The notes: generated by a model not told the origin, from the sequence alone. DNA of 64,000 nt from Synergistales bacterium (GCA_963666205.1 OY762654.1:256001-320000); one strand, 5' to 3'. Numbered from the stretch's first letter, positions 29,884-40,392 are shown. Translations and numbers: made by a program.

Positions 29884-30969
29884 TCATTTCATAAGATCAA
29901 TTGTCGGATGAATGCTTTGTGCATTCTGAAGGGCTATGATAAGCCTATCTCTTATTCTATTCAGATCTGCCACATCATTTCCATTAGATTCAGTCAACAC
30001 GATTGAATTTCCCACTCTAAGAGCCTTTTGGAACTCCGAGATCTTTATAACCTGAATATCGTACGGAGCCATTTCAAGTTGAAGATCCTTTTCCAGTTTC
30101 AATGACATCTCGTTGAAACTGGATTTAGATTTCGTATCAGCTGATCCTCTAAGGATCTCTGTTGAATCAACAAAAAGGGAAGTATGGTCCTTGTCAGATA
30201 TGATCCTGGATCTAAGGACATTAAGAGGCCACTTTCGTTCCAATGGCCAACCCTGTTGCCTTATGTGATCTATCTGATAGGAGATTCGTTCCGATATCTC
30301 AGGATGATCAAGATAGATCCCCGGGTCAATGTATGGATGTTTAAGTTCTTCTTCTAAAAGACCCTCCATAACAGTAATCATAGAGGAAGGGTGAAAACCT
30401 GTAGCAGCAAGAAGATCTAGACCTTCAATATCAGCTTCTTTTTCAAGGTCTCTCGAAAAATAGTTTGCCATGGTTATCTGGGCAATATTTGCCAGAACGA
30501 TGGGCAGGGTCTGCCCTTTTGACGCAACCATTACTGCGAGAGCAACCAGTGATATTTTTTGATTTCTTGCCAGTTGTATCATCACATGCTTCCTATCTGC
30601 ATGGATAAGTTCATGAGCCAGGATAGCCGCTATCTCGGAGTCACTGTGTGTAAAGTCCATCATTCCTGTAGTAATGAATATGATTCCACCAGGAAGTGAA
30701 AAGGCATTCGGAGAATCTTCCCTGATCAGACGTATCTCATAGGGAAGATCTCTCTTAAGGAAGGGTATAAGCCTCCGCAGTATTATGTTCAGTCTTGTAA
30801 TCTTTACAGGATCAGTAATTCTATCCCATCGCTGCTCTACGTGTGTCGCAACCTTTTTGCCAAGCTCGATTTCTTCGAAATCAGTGAGTGTATCTTTTGA
30901 AAATGCAGAATCGATATGACAAACCAGAAAGCAAAACACCCAAAGAAGCATAACCAGTTTTTTTAACAT
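29884..30969 (-). CDS. M48-family exported metalloprotease
   Basis: Signal peptide, PNAFSLPGG, AHELIH (HExxH), EKEAD, DHP. Confidence 0.88.
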   Translation of the reverse strand: MLKKLVMLLWVFCFLVCHIDSAFSKDTLTDFEEIELGKKVATHVEQRWDRITDPVKITRLNIILRRLIPFLKRDLPYEIRLIREDSPNAFSLPGGIIFITTGMMDFTHSDSEIAAILAHELIHADRKHVMIQLARNQKISLVALAVMVASKGQTLPIVLANIAQITMANYFSRDLEKEADIEGLDLLAATGFHPSSMITVMEGLLEEELKHPYIDPGIYLDHPEISERISYQIDHIRQQGWPLERKWPLNVLRSRIISDKDHTSLFVDSTEILRGSADTKSKSSFNEMSLKLEKDLQLEMAPYDIQVIKISEFQKALRVGNSIVLTESNGNDVADLNRIRDRLIIALQNAQSIHPTIDLMK

Positions 30970-31070
30970 AGGTTTCTCTTTTCTGTCCCATCCGGACGAT
31001 CAGGCAGACCCAGAGAGAACACTTTGCTTGTAACATTTATTATAGATAAAGATTATGGGATCATACATAC

Positions 31071-32003
31071 CTATCCGAGCTTTTCAACCTGCACCCGTGC
31101 CATTTTTTCTTCCACGGCCTCTCGGCTGCCAATACCCTTTTCAACATGGGAAGCATCTTCCCATGCGCAGGCAAGGGAAAAACGTATGGTTTCTTCAACT
31201 GACATATTTTCTTCCCTGGCCACGACCATTCCTGCAATCAGGGCATCACTGGCACCAAAAAGGGATACTACACCTTTCCTGCTTGCAGTAGCAAGATAAA
31301 TACCCTCTGGGGTGAAGAAAACATCACCATACGTGTGGTAAGAGGTAATAGACCACTCAATTCCATGGTCATGAAGCCGTGTTAAGACCTCTATCAGATT
31401 ATCGAGAGAGGTAAGAGAGATTCCTGAGACTTTAGACATGAACCTATGATCAATTTTTGCCAGATTCGGAACTGCATCAAGACCAGACATCAGTGGTGCT
31501 CCCGCTGCATCTATCCATACAGGGACACCTATATTCTTTGCACGTTCAATCAGTGACGCATATGCATCCTGAGGAACTCCAGGAGGGAGTGAACCTCCAA
31601 GGAGCACAAGTCTTGCACGTTTAAGCATCCTTTCATAATTCTTCATAAAACGTTCATAGGCTTCATCGGGAACATATGGGCCTGGTTCTGATAATCCGGT
31701 TTCCATTTTGCCAGTTTCATCAACTATGTAAACGTTTGTACGGGTTTCCCCCTTAACGTGAACAAAGTTCGTCGTTATGCGGGCCTTACGAAGGACATCT
31801 CGAATATATCCGCCATTAAAACCGGCAAGGAAACCCATTGCCGCTGTTTCATAACCAAGCTGGCTAAGAAGCAGGGAAACATTGATACCCTTTCCACCTG
31901 GAGACCGGTTGGCGTTTCTAGATCTGAACCATCCCCCCGGTCGGAAATCTGATACAACAAATTCTTCGTCAACAGCAGGATTAAGAGTTACGGTTACGAT
32001 CAT
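31071..32003 (-). CDS. PfkB / 1-phosphofructokinase-family protein with divergent catalytic motifs
   Basis: TVTLNPAVD, PGGKGINVS, TRTNV, GSLPPG. GASD replaces GAGD and KIDHRF replaces KPNxxE. Confidence 0.85.
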   Translation of the reverse strand: MIVTVTLNPAVDEEFVVSDFRPGGWFRSRNANRSPGGKGINVSLLLSQLGYETAAMGFLAGFNGGYIRDVLRKARITTNFVHVKGETRTNVYIVDETGKMETGLSEPGPYVPDEAYERFMKNYERMLKRARLVLLGGSLPPGVPQDAYASLIERAKNIGVPVWIDAAGAPLMSGLDAVPNLAKIDHRFMSKVSGISLTSLDNLIEVLTRLHDHGIEWSITSYHTYGDVFFTPEGIYLATASRKGVVSLFGASDALIAGMVVAREENMSVEETIRFSLACAWEDASHVEKGIGSREAVEEKMARVQVEKLG

Positions 32004-32084
32004 GTTTAATCCCCCCCAAGATATTAGAAAGGGGCAGGTACAAAAAGATAACGACCTACCCCGGATATTCAGAATGTTTAATAT

Positions 32085-33272
32085 CTATGCAAGAAACCCG
32101 GCTATATCTTTGGTGGTAGAAATAGTTTCGCTACGGGCTATTTTACCCTTTTGAAGTTCTACCAGAATGGGCATTTCAGTTATACCAAGTTTATTTACCA
32201 TTCTGGAATTCCTGTATCCATCAATAAGAACTATACCGGCTGAATGTTCTTTAGAAAAAGATTCTACCATGTTGGAAATCTGGACCTGTGTTTCTTCTAT
32301 AGATGAATAAAAGAATGCCAGTACCTTTTCTGGATCCAGGAGAGTGGATCTCAGGTGCACCTGTTCATTTATGAATGAAGAAGCGGCCATTGCAGCTATT
32401 GCACCATCTGCAGAAGCTGTCACTACCTGACGAAGATGCTTGTTTCTTACATCTCCGGCAGCATATATACCCTCAATAGAGGTTTCCATATCTTCATTCG
32501 TGACAACCCAGCCGCCTCTGGCACAGTCTACAAGTCCCTTAAAGAATTCGTCATAAGGAGCCTGACCTACGAACATGAAGACGCCAGATACTGGAAGATC
32601 TGAGATTTCTCCTGTTTTCACATTTTTTATGACCAGTTTTTCGACCATACCATCTCCTGCGATCTCCTCTAAAACCGTATTCCATATAGGCTCAATCCTG
32701 GGATTGGACAATGCTCTTGCTACTGCTGCCCTGTCTGCCCGGAATTCGTCTCTCCGATGAATTATGTAAACCTTGGATGCAAAGTTTGTGAGGTACACAG
32801 CCTCTTCAACTGCGGTGTTACCCCCACCTACTACAGCGATCTCAAGATCTTCAAAGAATGCTCCATCACAAACTGCACAGTAACTGACACCGGCACCAAT
32901 GTGTTCTTCTTCTCCCTTACAGCCAAGTTTCCTGAAATAAGCTCCACTTGCGATTATAACTGCCTCTGCTTCTATTTCGCCTTTATCCGTAATCACTATC
33001 CGCATGTCGTCTCTAATTTGAATTCTTTCAACAGTGCAGTCACGAAATTCTGTGTTGAATTTCTCTGCGTGCTCACGGAACATCAATCCAAGTTCTGATC
33101 CTGTTGCATGTTTGACTCCAGGCCAGTTCTCGATTTCATCGGTCATGTTAATCTGTCCGCCAGGAACACCTTTCTCCAGCAGAAGAACATCAAGTCCTGC
33201 CCTTCTACCATAGATAGCAGCAGTAAGTCCGGCAGGACCAGCCCCGATAATTACGAGCTCTCTTTTTTCCAT
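32085..33272 (-). CDS. trxB: Thioredoxin reductase with a C-terminal extension of about 90 aa
   Basis: IIGAGPAGLTAA, VSYCAVCDG, VGGGNTA, HRRDEFRA, AAGDV. Confidence 0.93.
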   Translation of the reverse strand: MEKRELVIIGAGPAGLTAAIYGRRAGLDVLLLEKGVPGGQINMTDEIENWPGVKHATGSELGLMFREHAEKFNTEFRDCTVERIQIRDDMRIVITDKGEIEAEAVIIASGAYFRKLGCKGEEEHIGAGVSYCAVCDGAFFEDLEIAVVGGGNTAVEEAVYLTNFASKVYIIHRRDEFRADRAAVARALSNPRIEPIWNTVLEEIAGDGMVEKLVIKNVKTGEISDLPVSGVFMFVGQAPYDEFFKGLVDCARGGWVVTNEDMETSIEGIYAAGDVRNKHLRQVVTASADGAIAAMAASSFINEQVHLRSTLLDPEKVLAFFYSSIEETQVQISNMVESFSKEHSAGIVLIDGYRNSRMVNKLGITEMPILVELQKGKIARSETISTTKDIAGFLA

Positions 33273-33343
33273 TATCTGTTTCCTCCTTAAAGATTAAGAA
33301 ATATCGCTTATAACGTTTATTTCACATTCATCACATAGAAAAA

Positions 33344-34204
33344 TTATACACGACGCCAGGAAAGCATGCGAGGTATATTTGAGAGATCTTTAATTATATC
33401 CTCAAGGTATAACCCGGGGAAATTATGGTTTTTGAGTATTTCTGCCTGATCTGCACCGCCGATTTCAAGAATTATATAGGCATCTCTTTTAATTTTTTTG
33501 GCAGACCATCTTAGGAGTTCAGAATAGAGGGAAAGTCCGTCAGGTCCACCGTCCAGAGCTATCCGGGGTTCAAAGATCCGCACCTCTGGCATGAGACCCT
33601 GTATGACATCGCTTTTAATGTAGGGTGGATTGCTTATTATAAGATCAAGGGATGAATCATGAACAGGTATATCCAGAAGACTTCGACTATGCCATAGAAG
33701 ACAGCGGTCGATAAGACAATGTGATTTAATATTTTTCCATGCCCATGATAAAGCCAGGGGGCTCATATCCACAGAGATACATGCAGCAGATGGTTTCTCC
33801 TTCAACATGGCAAGAGAGATACAACCTGAGCCTGTTCCCCAGTCAAGGAAAGAATCACCACCAAGTTTTTCAAGACCATATTCAACAAGAAGCTCTGTTT
33901 CAGGTCTTGGGATCAGGCATCCATGACCAACATAGATCCTGTATCCATAGAATTCAGTCAGTCCCAGAAGATACTGAAGGGGTTCTCTCTGTTTCCTTCT
34001 GGTAAGTATTCCAGAAAGTGACCTCTGGAGCGTTCCAGGCAGGATCTCCTCAGGGTGTGTATATAGATAGGCCCTGGTGACGCAGAGGAGGCTGGACAGT
34101 ATAATGTCAGCCTCCAGTAATGGACTGGTTATTCCAGCAGACAAGAGCTCTCTGATAATAAGAGACCTTGCTTGTTCAATATCAAGTTTACTGCTTTGCT
34201 TCAA
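33344..34204 (-). CDS. prmC: Release factor glutamine methyltransferase
   Basis: [34 protein letters not shown]; follows prfA. Confidence 0.94.
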   Translation of the reverse strand: MKQSSKLDIEQARSLIIRELLSAGITSPLLEADIILSSLLCVTRAYLYTHPEEILPGTLQRSLSGILTRRKQREPLQYLLGLTEFYGYRIYVGHGCLIPRPETELLVEYGLEKLGGDSFLDWGTGSGCISLAMLKEKPSAACISVDMSPLALSWAWKNIKSHCLIDRCLLWHSRSLLDIPVHDSSLDLIISNPPYIKSDVIQGLMPEVRIFEPRIALDGGPDGLSLYSELLRWSAKKIKRDAYIILEIGGADQAEILKNHNFPGLYLEDIIKDLSNIPRMLSWRRV

Positions 34205-35267
34205 GCAATTTCAACCTCTCAGTCTGATCTGCAACAACAAGAGCTTCTATCATTTCATAGAGATCCCCGTCCAGATAGGAGTCCAGTTTGTAAAGAGTAA
34301 GCCCTATTCTATGGTCTGTTATCCTGTTCTGTGGATAGTTATATGTACGGATGCGTTCCGACCTGTCACCCGTCCCTATCTGTCCTCTTCGTTCCTGAGC
34401 CTGTTCATCATGCATCCTGGAAAGTTCCATATCATAAAGCTTTGTTCGTAAAAGGTTCATTGCTTTTGCCCTGTTTTTGATCTGTGACCTTTCATCCTGG
34501 CAGGTCACAACAATTCCTGTCGGCATATGAGTGATCCTGACGGCTGAATCGGTCATATTAACATGCTGGCCTCCAGCTCCGCTGGCGCGGTACGTATCAA
34601 TCTTGAGGTCCTCGCTGCGTACCTCTACATCAACATCTTCCGCTTCCGGGAGTACTGCTACGGTTGCTGTAGAAGTATGTATCCTTCCGCCAGATTCGGT
34701 CACTGGAACCCGCTGGACCCTGTGAACTCCACTTTCGTATTTAAGCTGGCTGTATGCTCCTTTACCATCAACACGGAATGCAATCTCCTTGTATCCGCCA
34801 ATCCCGGTGATATTTGAACTCATGATCTCAACATGCCACCTTTGCCTTTCGGCAAATCGACCATACATTCTAAAAAGATTTGCGGCAAAAAGTGCAGCTT
34901 CTTCTCCTCCTGCACCACCACGGATCTCAACAATTACACTTTTTTCATCATTGGGATCCCTGGGGATAAGCAGAAGTTGAAGTTCTTCCCCATATTTCTG
35001 AAGAAGAGGTTCTTTCTCCGCTATTTCTTCGTGGGCGAGCTCTATCATTTCCCTGTCACCTGACGACAGAAGTTCCATGGCCTCATCAATGGAATTCTTG
35101 ATCTTTTTATATTCCATGTAGGTTCGCACTATTTCTGCCAGATCTGAATGTTCTTTAGCAAGTTTATGTAGAGCCCTGGGATCAGAAGCTACCGCAGGAT
35201 CTCCCATCTTGGCTTCCAGTTCCTGGAAACTAGTCACGATCTGATCGAGTTTACTCGAAAAGTCCAT
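34188..35267 (-). CDS. prfA: Peptide chain release factor 1
   Basis: VQRVPVTE (PxT motif of RF1), [15 protein letters not shown]. Start ATG at 35267. Confidence 0.97.
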   Translation of the reverse strand: MDFSSKLDQIVTSFQELEAKMGDPAVASDPRALHKLAKEHSDLAEIVRTYMEYKKIKNSIDEAMELLSSGDREMIELAHEEIAEKEPLLQKYGEELQLLLIPRDPNDEKSVIVEIRGGAGGEEAALFAANLFRMYGRFAERQRWHVEIMSSNITGIGGYKEIAFRVDGKGAYSQLKYESGVHRVQRVPVTESGGRIHTSTATVAVLPEAEDVDVEVRSEDLKIDTYRASGAGGQHVNMTDSAVRITHMPTGIVVTCQDERSQIKNRAKAMNLLRTKLYDMELSRMHDEQAQERRGQIGTGDRSERIRTYNYPQNRITDHRIGLTLYKLDSYLDGDLYEMIEALVVADQTERLKLLEAKQ

Positions 35268-35290
35268 TGATTCCACTCCTATACATTGTT

Positions 35291-36220
35291 CTAAAGTTTC
35301 CGGTCAAGAGCTGACTCAAGAGAAGAAAGTGCAACTTCAATCTGCTGTTCGTTCGGTTCCCGGGTAGTGAGGTATTGAAGGGAAAGTGCCGGGAAAATAA
35401 GGTATCTTCCCCATGAAGTCGACCTGGAAGAGAATCTTATAAACTCATATGATATACCGATCACCAGGGGAAGGAGTAAAACCCTGGTCAGGGCTTTCCA
35501 TAATAGTGAACCCTGAGCCACAAAAGAGAAAACGATTATACTCACCGCGACAACTACGAGAAGAAATGAAGTTCCACACCTTGGATGGATCCGGGAATAT
35601 CTGGTTACAGAGGAAGGGGTCATTTCTGCTCCATTTTCAAAGGCATTGATGGTTTTATGTTCTGCTCCATGATATCGGAAGACTTCCCTGATATCTTTCC
35701 ACAATCCTATTGTGCCAACATAGAGGATAAATACAAGCCCTCTCATGGCTCCTTCGAGAAGATTTTGCAGGATTGTAGAGTATCCGAACGTCCTTGCGAG
35801 AAATTCAGAAATCCAGACAGGAAAAGCAATAAAGAGTCCGACTACAGCAACAAGAGCTACAACAACAGATAATAACATTTCCCCGAAGGTTATTTTCTCT
35901 TCCTCCCCAAGGTACAGTTCCGCAGACCTGTTCAATGCTTTTATGCCGACTGTCATCATTTCCACCATGGTGACTACACCCCTTATAACTGGAGCTTTCC
36001 ATGGATATATGGATGTCCATGACCTCGTGGTCCAGTGTTCTGACCATATCTCCCCAGATGGTTTCCTGACAGAGAGCCCCCATCTTGAAGGTCCTTTCAT
36101 CAGAACTCCCTCGATAACAGCCTGACCTCCGATGGGGATCTTCTCTACTGATTGCAAGAATATCTGAAGGGAAGATAACAGTGTGTTTATAAAAGCACTT
36201 ATTTTATATATTGTTTTCAT
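35291..36220 (-). CDS. DUF1385 membrane protein
   Basis: [35 protein letters not shown]; usual rpmE/prfA neighbour. Confidence 0.9.
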   Translation of the reverse strand: MKTIYKISAFINTLLSSLQIFLQSVEKIPIGGQAVIEGVLMKGPSRWGLSVRKPSGEIWSEHWTTRSWTSIYPWKAPVIRGVVTMVEMMTVGIKALNRSAELYLGEEEKITFGEMLLSVVVALVAVVGLFIAFPVWISEFLARTFGYSTILQNLLEGAMRGLVFILYVGTIGLWKDIREVFRYHGAEHKTINAFENGAEMTPSSVTRYSRIHPRCGTSFLLVVVAVSIIVFSFVAQGSLLWKALTRVLLLPLVIGISYEFIRFSSRSTSWGRYLIFPALSLQYLTTREPNEQQIEVALSSLESALDRKL

Positions 36221-36905
36221 TAATTAGATCCTCAATACTCCTGAATGGGTTGCCACAGGAACGTGTTTCCCTGCATTGTCCTTCAGTTATGCAGGAAGGT
36301 CCTGCCACGGCGAAAATAAGAGGAGCCACAGTCCTGACTTCTCGCAGCATATTCCTTGCAAGTTCCTGTATTTCCCACTGGGCTCTCCTGCAGGTACGCA
36401 AGGCAAAGAAATGATGTAATTCCCTGGCATTCATAGTTACAGTTATTCGCGTTTGCCAACCATGGGGAAGTGCATATCTAGCATCTTCCTTTGGTACTCC
36501 CTGGGCAATCAGGTCTAGATAAAGTTCATGGGCCCGATTGCAATGTTCGTTAAAGGCTTCTTTTAGGCCGGGGTTGGAATCAATACTATGTGGGATTATA
36601 TATTCCGGATTGTCCATCGAAACATAGCGCTGACTCTGTTGACTGTAGCTTGCCATTCTATGCCTGACAAGCTGATGGGAGCATATCCTGCTTATCCCGT
36701 CAATAGAGAAAGTAAAGGAAACATGTTCAAAAGTCGATAGATGGCCACTTCTCCGCAATCCACTGATGAATTTTGAAATATCCTGGTCTTTACTCTCTTC
36801 AAGAAGTTCTGATGCGGAAGCTGCACTATAGCACAATCTGGCAGCAGCAGCAACTGTTCTGTCAGGTTGTGGCGTAAAAGCCAGAAGATGAACTTTGCAA
36901 GGCAT
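36204..36905 (-). CDS. thyX: FAD-dependent thymidylate synthase
   Basis: GHLSTFEH, RHRMASYSQQSQRY, EDAR, MNAREL, AQWEI. Confidence 0.96.
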   Translation of the reverse strand: MPCKVHLLAFTPQPDRTVAAAARLCYSAASASELLEESKDQDISKFISGLRRSGHLSTFEHVSFTFSIDGISRICSHQLVRHRMASYSQQSQRYVSMDNPEYIIPHSIDSNPGLKEAFNEHCNRAHELYLDLIAQGVPKEDARYALPHGWQTRITVTMNARELHHFFALRTCRRAQWEIQELARNMLREVRTVAPLIFAVAGPSCITEGQCRETRSCGNPFRSIEDLINENNI

Positions 36906-36924
36906 TATATCACCTCTCAGTTAG

Positions 36925-36952
36925 TAAAAAAGGGGGGCCAAGCCCCCCTTTT
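36925..36952 (-). terminator. Terminator-like hairpin after rpmE
   Basis: AAAAGGGGGG-(5 nt)-CCCCCCTTTT, followed by a T run on the minus strand. Confidence 0.7.
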
Positions 36953-37190
36953 ACTCAGTTTTGTCAGCTTCGCGCTGTCCGTAATTCATCCCTTTATATT
37001 TCTTGTTAAACTTCTGAAGTCTTCCTTCCTCTGAGAGGACCATGCTACCTCTCTTGCCCGTATAAAAGGGGTGACAGGAAGAGCAGACCCCTACTTTGAT
37101 CTCGGAAACAGTTGCTCGGGTTTCAAATGTGTTACCACATGCACATGTAACTTTACACGCTTTGTATTCCGGATGAATATCCTTTTTCAT
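36951..37190 (-). CDS. rpmE: 50S ribosomal protein L31, Zn-binding type
   Basis: MKKDIHP, CACG...CSSCHPFYTG. Confidence 0.96.
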   Translation of the reverse strand: MKKDIHPEYKACKVTCACGNTFETRATVSEIKVGVCSSCHPFYTGKRGSMVLSEEGRLQKFNKKYKGMNYGQREADKTE

Positions 37191-37242
37191 CTATTTACAC
37201 CTCCTGCATATCCAGCTTGGGAATAATCATGGACAGAAAGAA

Positions 37243-37271
37243 AATTTACCACAGTACGGAAATCTATGCAA
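37243..37271 (-). promoter_or_regulatory. Probable rpmE promoter
   Basis: TTGCAT-17 nt-TAAATT with extended TG. Confidence 0.55.
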
Positions 37272-37280
37272 GTATGTATT

Positions 37281-37868
37281 TTAAAGATGCATTACTCCCA
37301 ATCCACATCTTTCATGGTGTGCAACTGCGTGATAAGCAGTATCACCCATAACAGCAACAGCTATCCATCTTGAATTTCTTACAATACCTATTTTTGCACC
37401 TATACTGGCTTCAAGCATGGCCTGGGCAATAAACCCATTCATTGCTTCAACGGCTGCGTGCATAAGAGCGTGCATTTCCCTACGGTTCTTTTCTATAACC
37501 CCGGCATTCAAGGAGGCTCCTACAAGAGCTCTGGTAAGTTTTTGGGGCAGGTCTCCTGCAAGACCACCGACTTCTGTTGCAACGGATTTCCAGTTGATCG
37601 TAGCAAACTGTTCCTTCATTCTGTGTTCATCTGATGGTGAAGTTGTAGCAGCTAAAAGGATCGCTGCCCTGCCTACCTGGTTTTCATCATCAAGATGAAT
37701 GGTTATTTCAAAATCAAGTCCTGAAGATTCATTGGTATTCCTGTTATTGTCCCTGTAATTATGATGGGATACAACCTTTTCTTCAAGCTTTTCTTCAAGC
37801 TTTTCGTCGACTTGATCTGTTTCCGGTTCGGCATTTTCTGTACCTGAGAACATGTTTTTCCATAACAT
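37281..37868 (-). CDS. hutP: HutP-family RNA-binding protein with an acidic N-terminal extension
   Basis: VGRAAILLA, HALMHAAVEA, WIAVAVMG, HHERCGLGVMHL at the C-terminus. Start taken at ATG 37868 after GGGGGA. Confidence 0.8.
   Translation of the reverse strand: MLWKNMFSGTENAEPETDQVDEKLEEKLEEKVVSHHNYRDNNRNTNESSGLDFEITIHLDDENQVGRAAILLAATTSPSDEHRMKEQFATINWKSVATEVGGLAGDLPQKLTRALVGASLNAGVIEKNRREMHALMHAAVEAMNGFIAQAMLEASIGAKIGIVRNSRWIAVAVMGDTAYHAVAHHERCGLGVMHL
37777..37805. repeat. In-frame 12-bp tandem repeat (about 2.4 copies) in the hutP N-terminal extension
   Basis: TTTTCTTCAAGC TTTTCTTCAAGC TTTTC, encoding EKLEEKLEEK. Confidence 0.85.
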
Positions 37869-38200
37869 AGATAAAGCATCCCCCTCTCCGCTTCTAAAAC
37901 AGTACGGACTTTTCAATTGCATTGATAGTAATAACACATAATCCTAATTTTTCCAACAATCATGCCATAAAATTGTAAAAGCATTTTCTTCAAGAGGCAT
38001 ATTTTTTATATGTTTTTTAACTTAAACATTTTTAGATTTAATGAAACAACATCTTTATCACTTGAAGATGGGTTTAATGAGCCTTATACTATAAATAATG
38101 GTCGGGAAATGTTACAGGATGAACAATCTTCGGTAAATCTGCAGAATTAGGCATTCCTGTTCAATCCTGGCATATAAATTCATTTCAGGGGGGTAATTCT

Positions 38201-39163
38201 ATGAAGAAACTTTTAACAGTTTTTTTTGCCGTAATGTTGATGGTAGCAATTTTTGCTGGAGCAGCAACTGCTAAGACATTCATTTCTCTAGCAACTGGTG
38301 GTACCGGGGGAACCTATTATCCCGTAGGTGGTGGAATAGCAGATATCGTCAGCAAAAATGTTGCAGATGTACAGATGACTTCAGAAACTGGCAATGCCTC
38401 TCAGGCGAACCTCAACCTTCTCGGAACCCATCAGATTGAAATGGCTCTGGCACAGAATGACGTTTCAATGTGGGCTTATAGAGGGATGCGCCCATTCAAA
38501 CAGGAATTTAAGAATGTCAGGATGATCGCTTCTCTATATCCGGAAAACGTTCAGTGTATAGCCATGAAAGGTGCCGGAGTAAAGGATATTATGGATATCA
38601 AGGGTAAAAGGGTTTCCGTGGGAGCCCCTGGATCTGGAGTACAGGCAGATGTTGCTGCGATACTCAGGGTAGCCGGAATCAAATATTCAGATATGAAGAC
38701 GGACTTCCTCGATTTCAACAACACTACCCAGAGATTCAAGGATAACCAGCTTGATGTAGGATTTGTTGTTGCAGGATATCCCACCGCTTCGATAATGGAT
38801 CTTGCTACAATGCATGATATTGATCTTGTTAATTTCAGTGATGATTTTATGGATAAACTTATAGCTGAATATCCTTTCTTTGCCAAGAGTGTTATTCCTG
38901 CCGGAACATACAAAGGGATAGACCATGATACTAACACTCCCGCAGTTATGGCAGTCTGGGTATGTGACGGAGACCTGTCTGAAGATGTTGTCTACCAGGT
39001 AACTAAAGCTTTCTGGGAAAATGTGGATGATCTTTACAAGATCCACTCAAAGGCAAAAATGATCACTTTGAAGACTGCTCTTGATGGAGTTTCCGTACCT
39101 GTGCATTCCGGTGCAGCAAAGTACTATAAAGAGATGGGCATGACAGTTCCAGTAGTTGAATAG
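38201..39163 (+). CDS. TAXI-family TRAP transporter solute-binding protein
   Basis: Signal peptide, ATGGTGGTYY, SVGAPGSG, VPVHSGAAKYYKE. Confidence 0.92.
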   Translation: MKKLLTVFFAVMLMVAIFAGAATAKTFISLATGGTGGTYYPVGGGIADIVSKNVADVQMTSETGNASQANLNLLGTHQIEMALAQNDVSMWAYRGMRPFKQEFKNVRMIASLYPENVQCIAMKGAGVKDIMDIKGKRVSVGAPGSGVQADVAAILRVAGIKYSDMKTDFLDFNNTTQRFKDNQLDVGFVVAGYPTASIMDLATMHDIDLVNFSDDFMDKLIAEYPFFAKSVIPAGTYKGIDHDTNTPAVMAVWVCDGDLSEDVVYQVTKAFWENVDDLYKIHSKAKMITLKTALDGVSVPVHSGAAKYYKEMGMTVPVVE

Positions 39164-39184
39164 AACTTTCTTAATCATTTATCA

Positions 39185-39218
39185 CATAAAGCGCACTCCC
39201 ATTGGAGTGCGCTTTATG
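39185..39218. terminator. Bidirectional terminator between TAXI and alaX
   Basis: CATAAAGCGCACTCC-catt-GGAGTGCGCTTTATG, 15-bp perfect stem. Confidence 0.8.
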
Positions 39219-39222
39219 GTTA

Positions 39223-40392
39223 CTAAGAATAATGACACAGAACCTCTTTCCAGATATTTATTGAATTACAACGGGTTACTCCCGAGAGCATCCTGCCATC
39301 ACCACCTCCACGGGCTCCAAGCTCTGGCAGATCGATAATCTTTTTCAGATCTAGATTCTTCTTTTCACCCTTCAGTAATAAAAAACCGGTAGAGAGTGTA
39401 TCCTCTGAAGGCATAAGGATAAATACAATAGCTTCGGGATCATTTATCAATTGTTTTTTGGCTGCTGAGATTATAAGGTCCTTGTTAAACCCAGGTAAAG
39501 TGGCAGAATACATATATGATTGCCCTATCTCAGTTATTTCCCATGGTATTTCGATAAAATGTCTCAACTTCTCAATTATTTTACGTTGTCCCTTGTTGTC
39601 CTGTTGTAACTTAACATAGGTTTTCTCAATCTTTTCAGCTGGACACCCCATATTTTTGGACAACTTTCGAATGATCTGACTGTGACTGGTCAGGAGTTCT
39701 TCTCTTGAAAGACAGAATTTGATCTCCCAGTCGGGACTGCTACCTTTGTAATTTGTAATAATGATATGAGGGACCTCTCCAGTACAATGGACATGGGTAC
39801 CTGAACAGGCAGTTATATCAAAGTTTTCAACATTGATTACCTGGATTGGCTCTTTTCCTGGGAGTCTATCCCATTTAGCTGTTAATCCCTCCATTTGACG
39901 GGCTTCTTCAGGCGATAGGAAGGAACTGGTTACCTTTCTGTCTTCAGTTATAACAGCGTTGACACTTTCCTCGGTTTCAAAGATCATATCCCAGTTAAGA
40001 TCACCATCATAATTAAAATATATGGTACTTTCACTTTCATCTATGTTAGCTTTGGTTGTAAGCATACCCTTATAGTTATTTTCCATAATCCTGGAAATAA
40101 GATGCTGAGCTGAATGCATTTTTGTAAGGTTCCCATGTCTATCTTCATCCACTTCAATTTCAACCTCAAGACCCCGTACAGGGGTTCCTTTTTTTACTCT
40201 CGTCAGATGGAGCTTGCCCCTTTGGTCCATGATAGTATCAATTATCTGCCCCTGGAAAGTCTCTGCAAGGATAGTCCCGGAGTCTCCAGGTTGCCCTCCC
40301 CCTGCCGGATGGAAATCCGATGTTTCCAAAAGGATCTTAAGATTCTTAGCATCAGCTTTCATGAAATCAACTATGGTGGTTTTCAGTTTCAA
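39223..40392 (-). CDS. Free-standing AlaX-type tRNA editing protein with a DHHA1-like C-terminus
   Basis: FHPAGGGQPGDSG, HSAQH, CSGTH (Zn ligands), C-terminal RGGG. Confidence 0.85.
   Translation of the reverse strand: MKLKTTIVDFMKADAKNLKILLETSDFHPAGGGQPGDSGTILAETFQGQIIDTIMDQRGKLHLTRVKKGTPVRGLEVEIEVDEDRHGNLTKMHSAQHLISRIMENNYKGMLTTKANIDESESTIYFNYDGDLNWDMIFETEESVNAVITEDRKVTSSFLSPEEARQMEGLTAKWDRLPGKEPIQVINVENFDITACSGTHVHCTGEVPHIIITNYKGSSPDWEIKFCLSREELLTSHSQIIRKLSKNMGCPAEKIEKTYVKLQQDNKGQRKIIEKLRHFIEIPWEITEIGQSYMYSATLPGFNKDLIISAAKKQLINDPEAIVFILMPSEDTLSTGFLLLKGEKKNLDLKKIIDLPELGARGGGDGRMLSGVTRCNSINIWKEVLCHYS

Noticed and set aside
29800..29884. SRP RNA upstream of dnaX, as in many bacteria
   Set aside because: The gap is short and AT-rich and has no SRP helix-8 motif.
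32085..33272. Selenocysteine readthrough in trxB
   Set aside because: There is no in-frame TGA, and the gene ends in TAG.
37951..37968. sigma54-like site TGGCATGATTGTTGGA upstream of hutP, and TGGCATATAAATTCA near 38168
   Set aside because: Both lack the conserved -12 GC, so they are not supportable.
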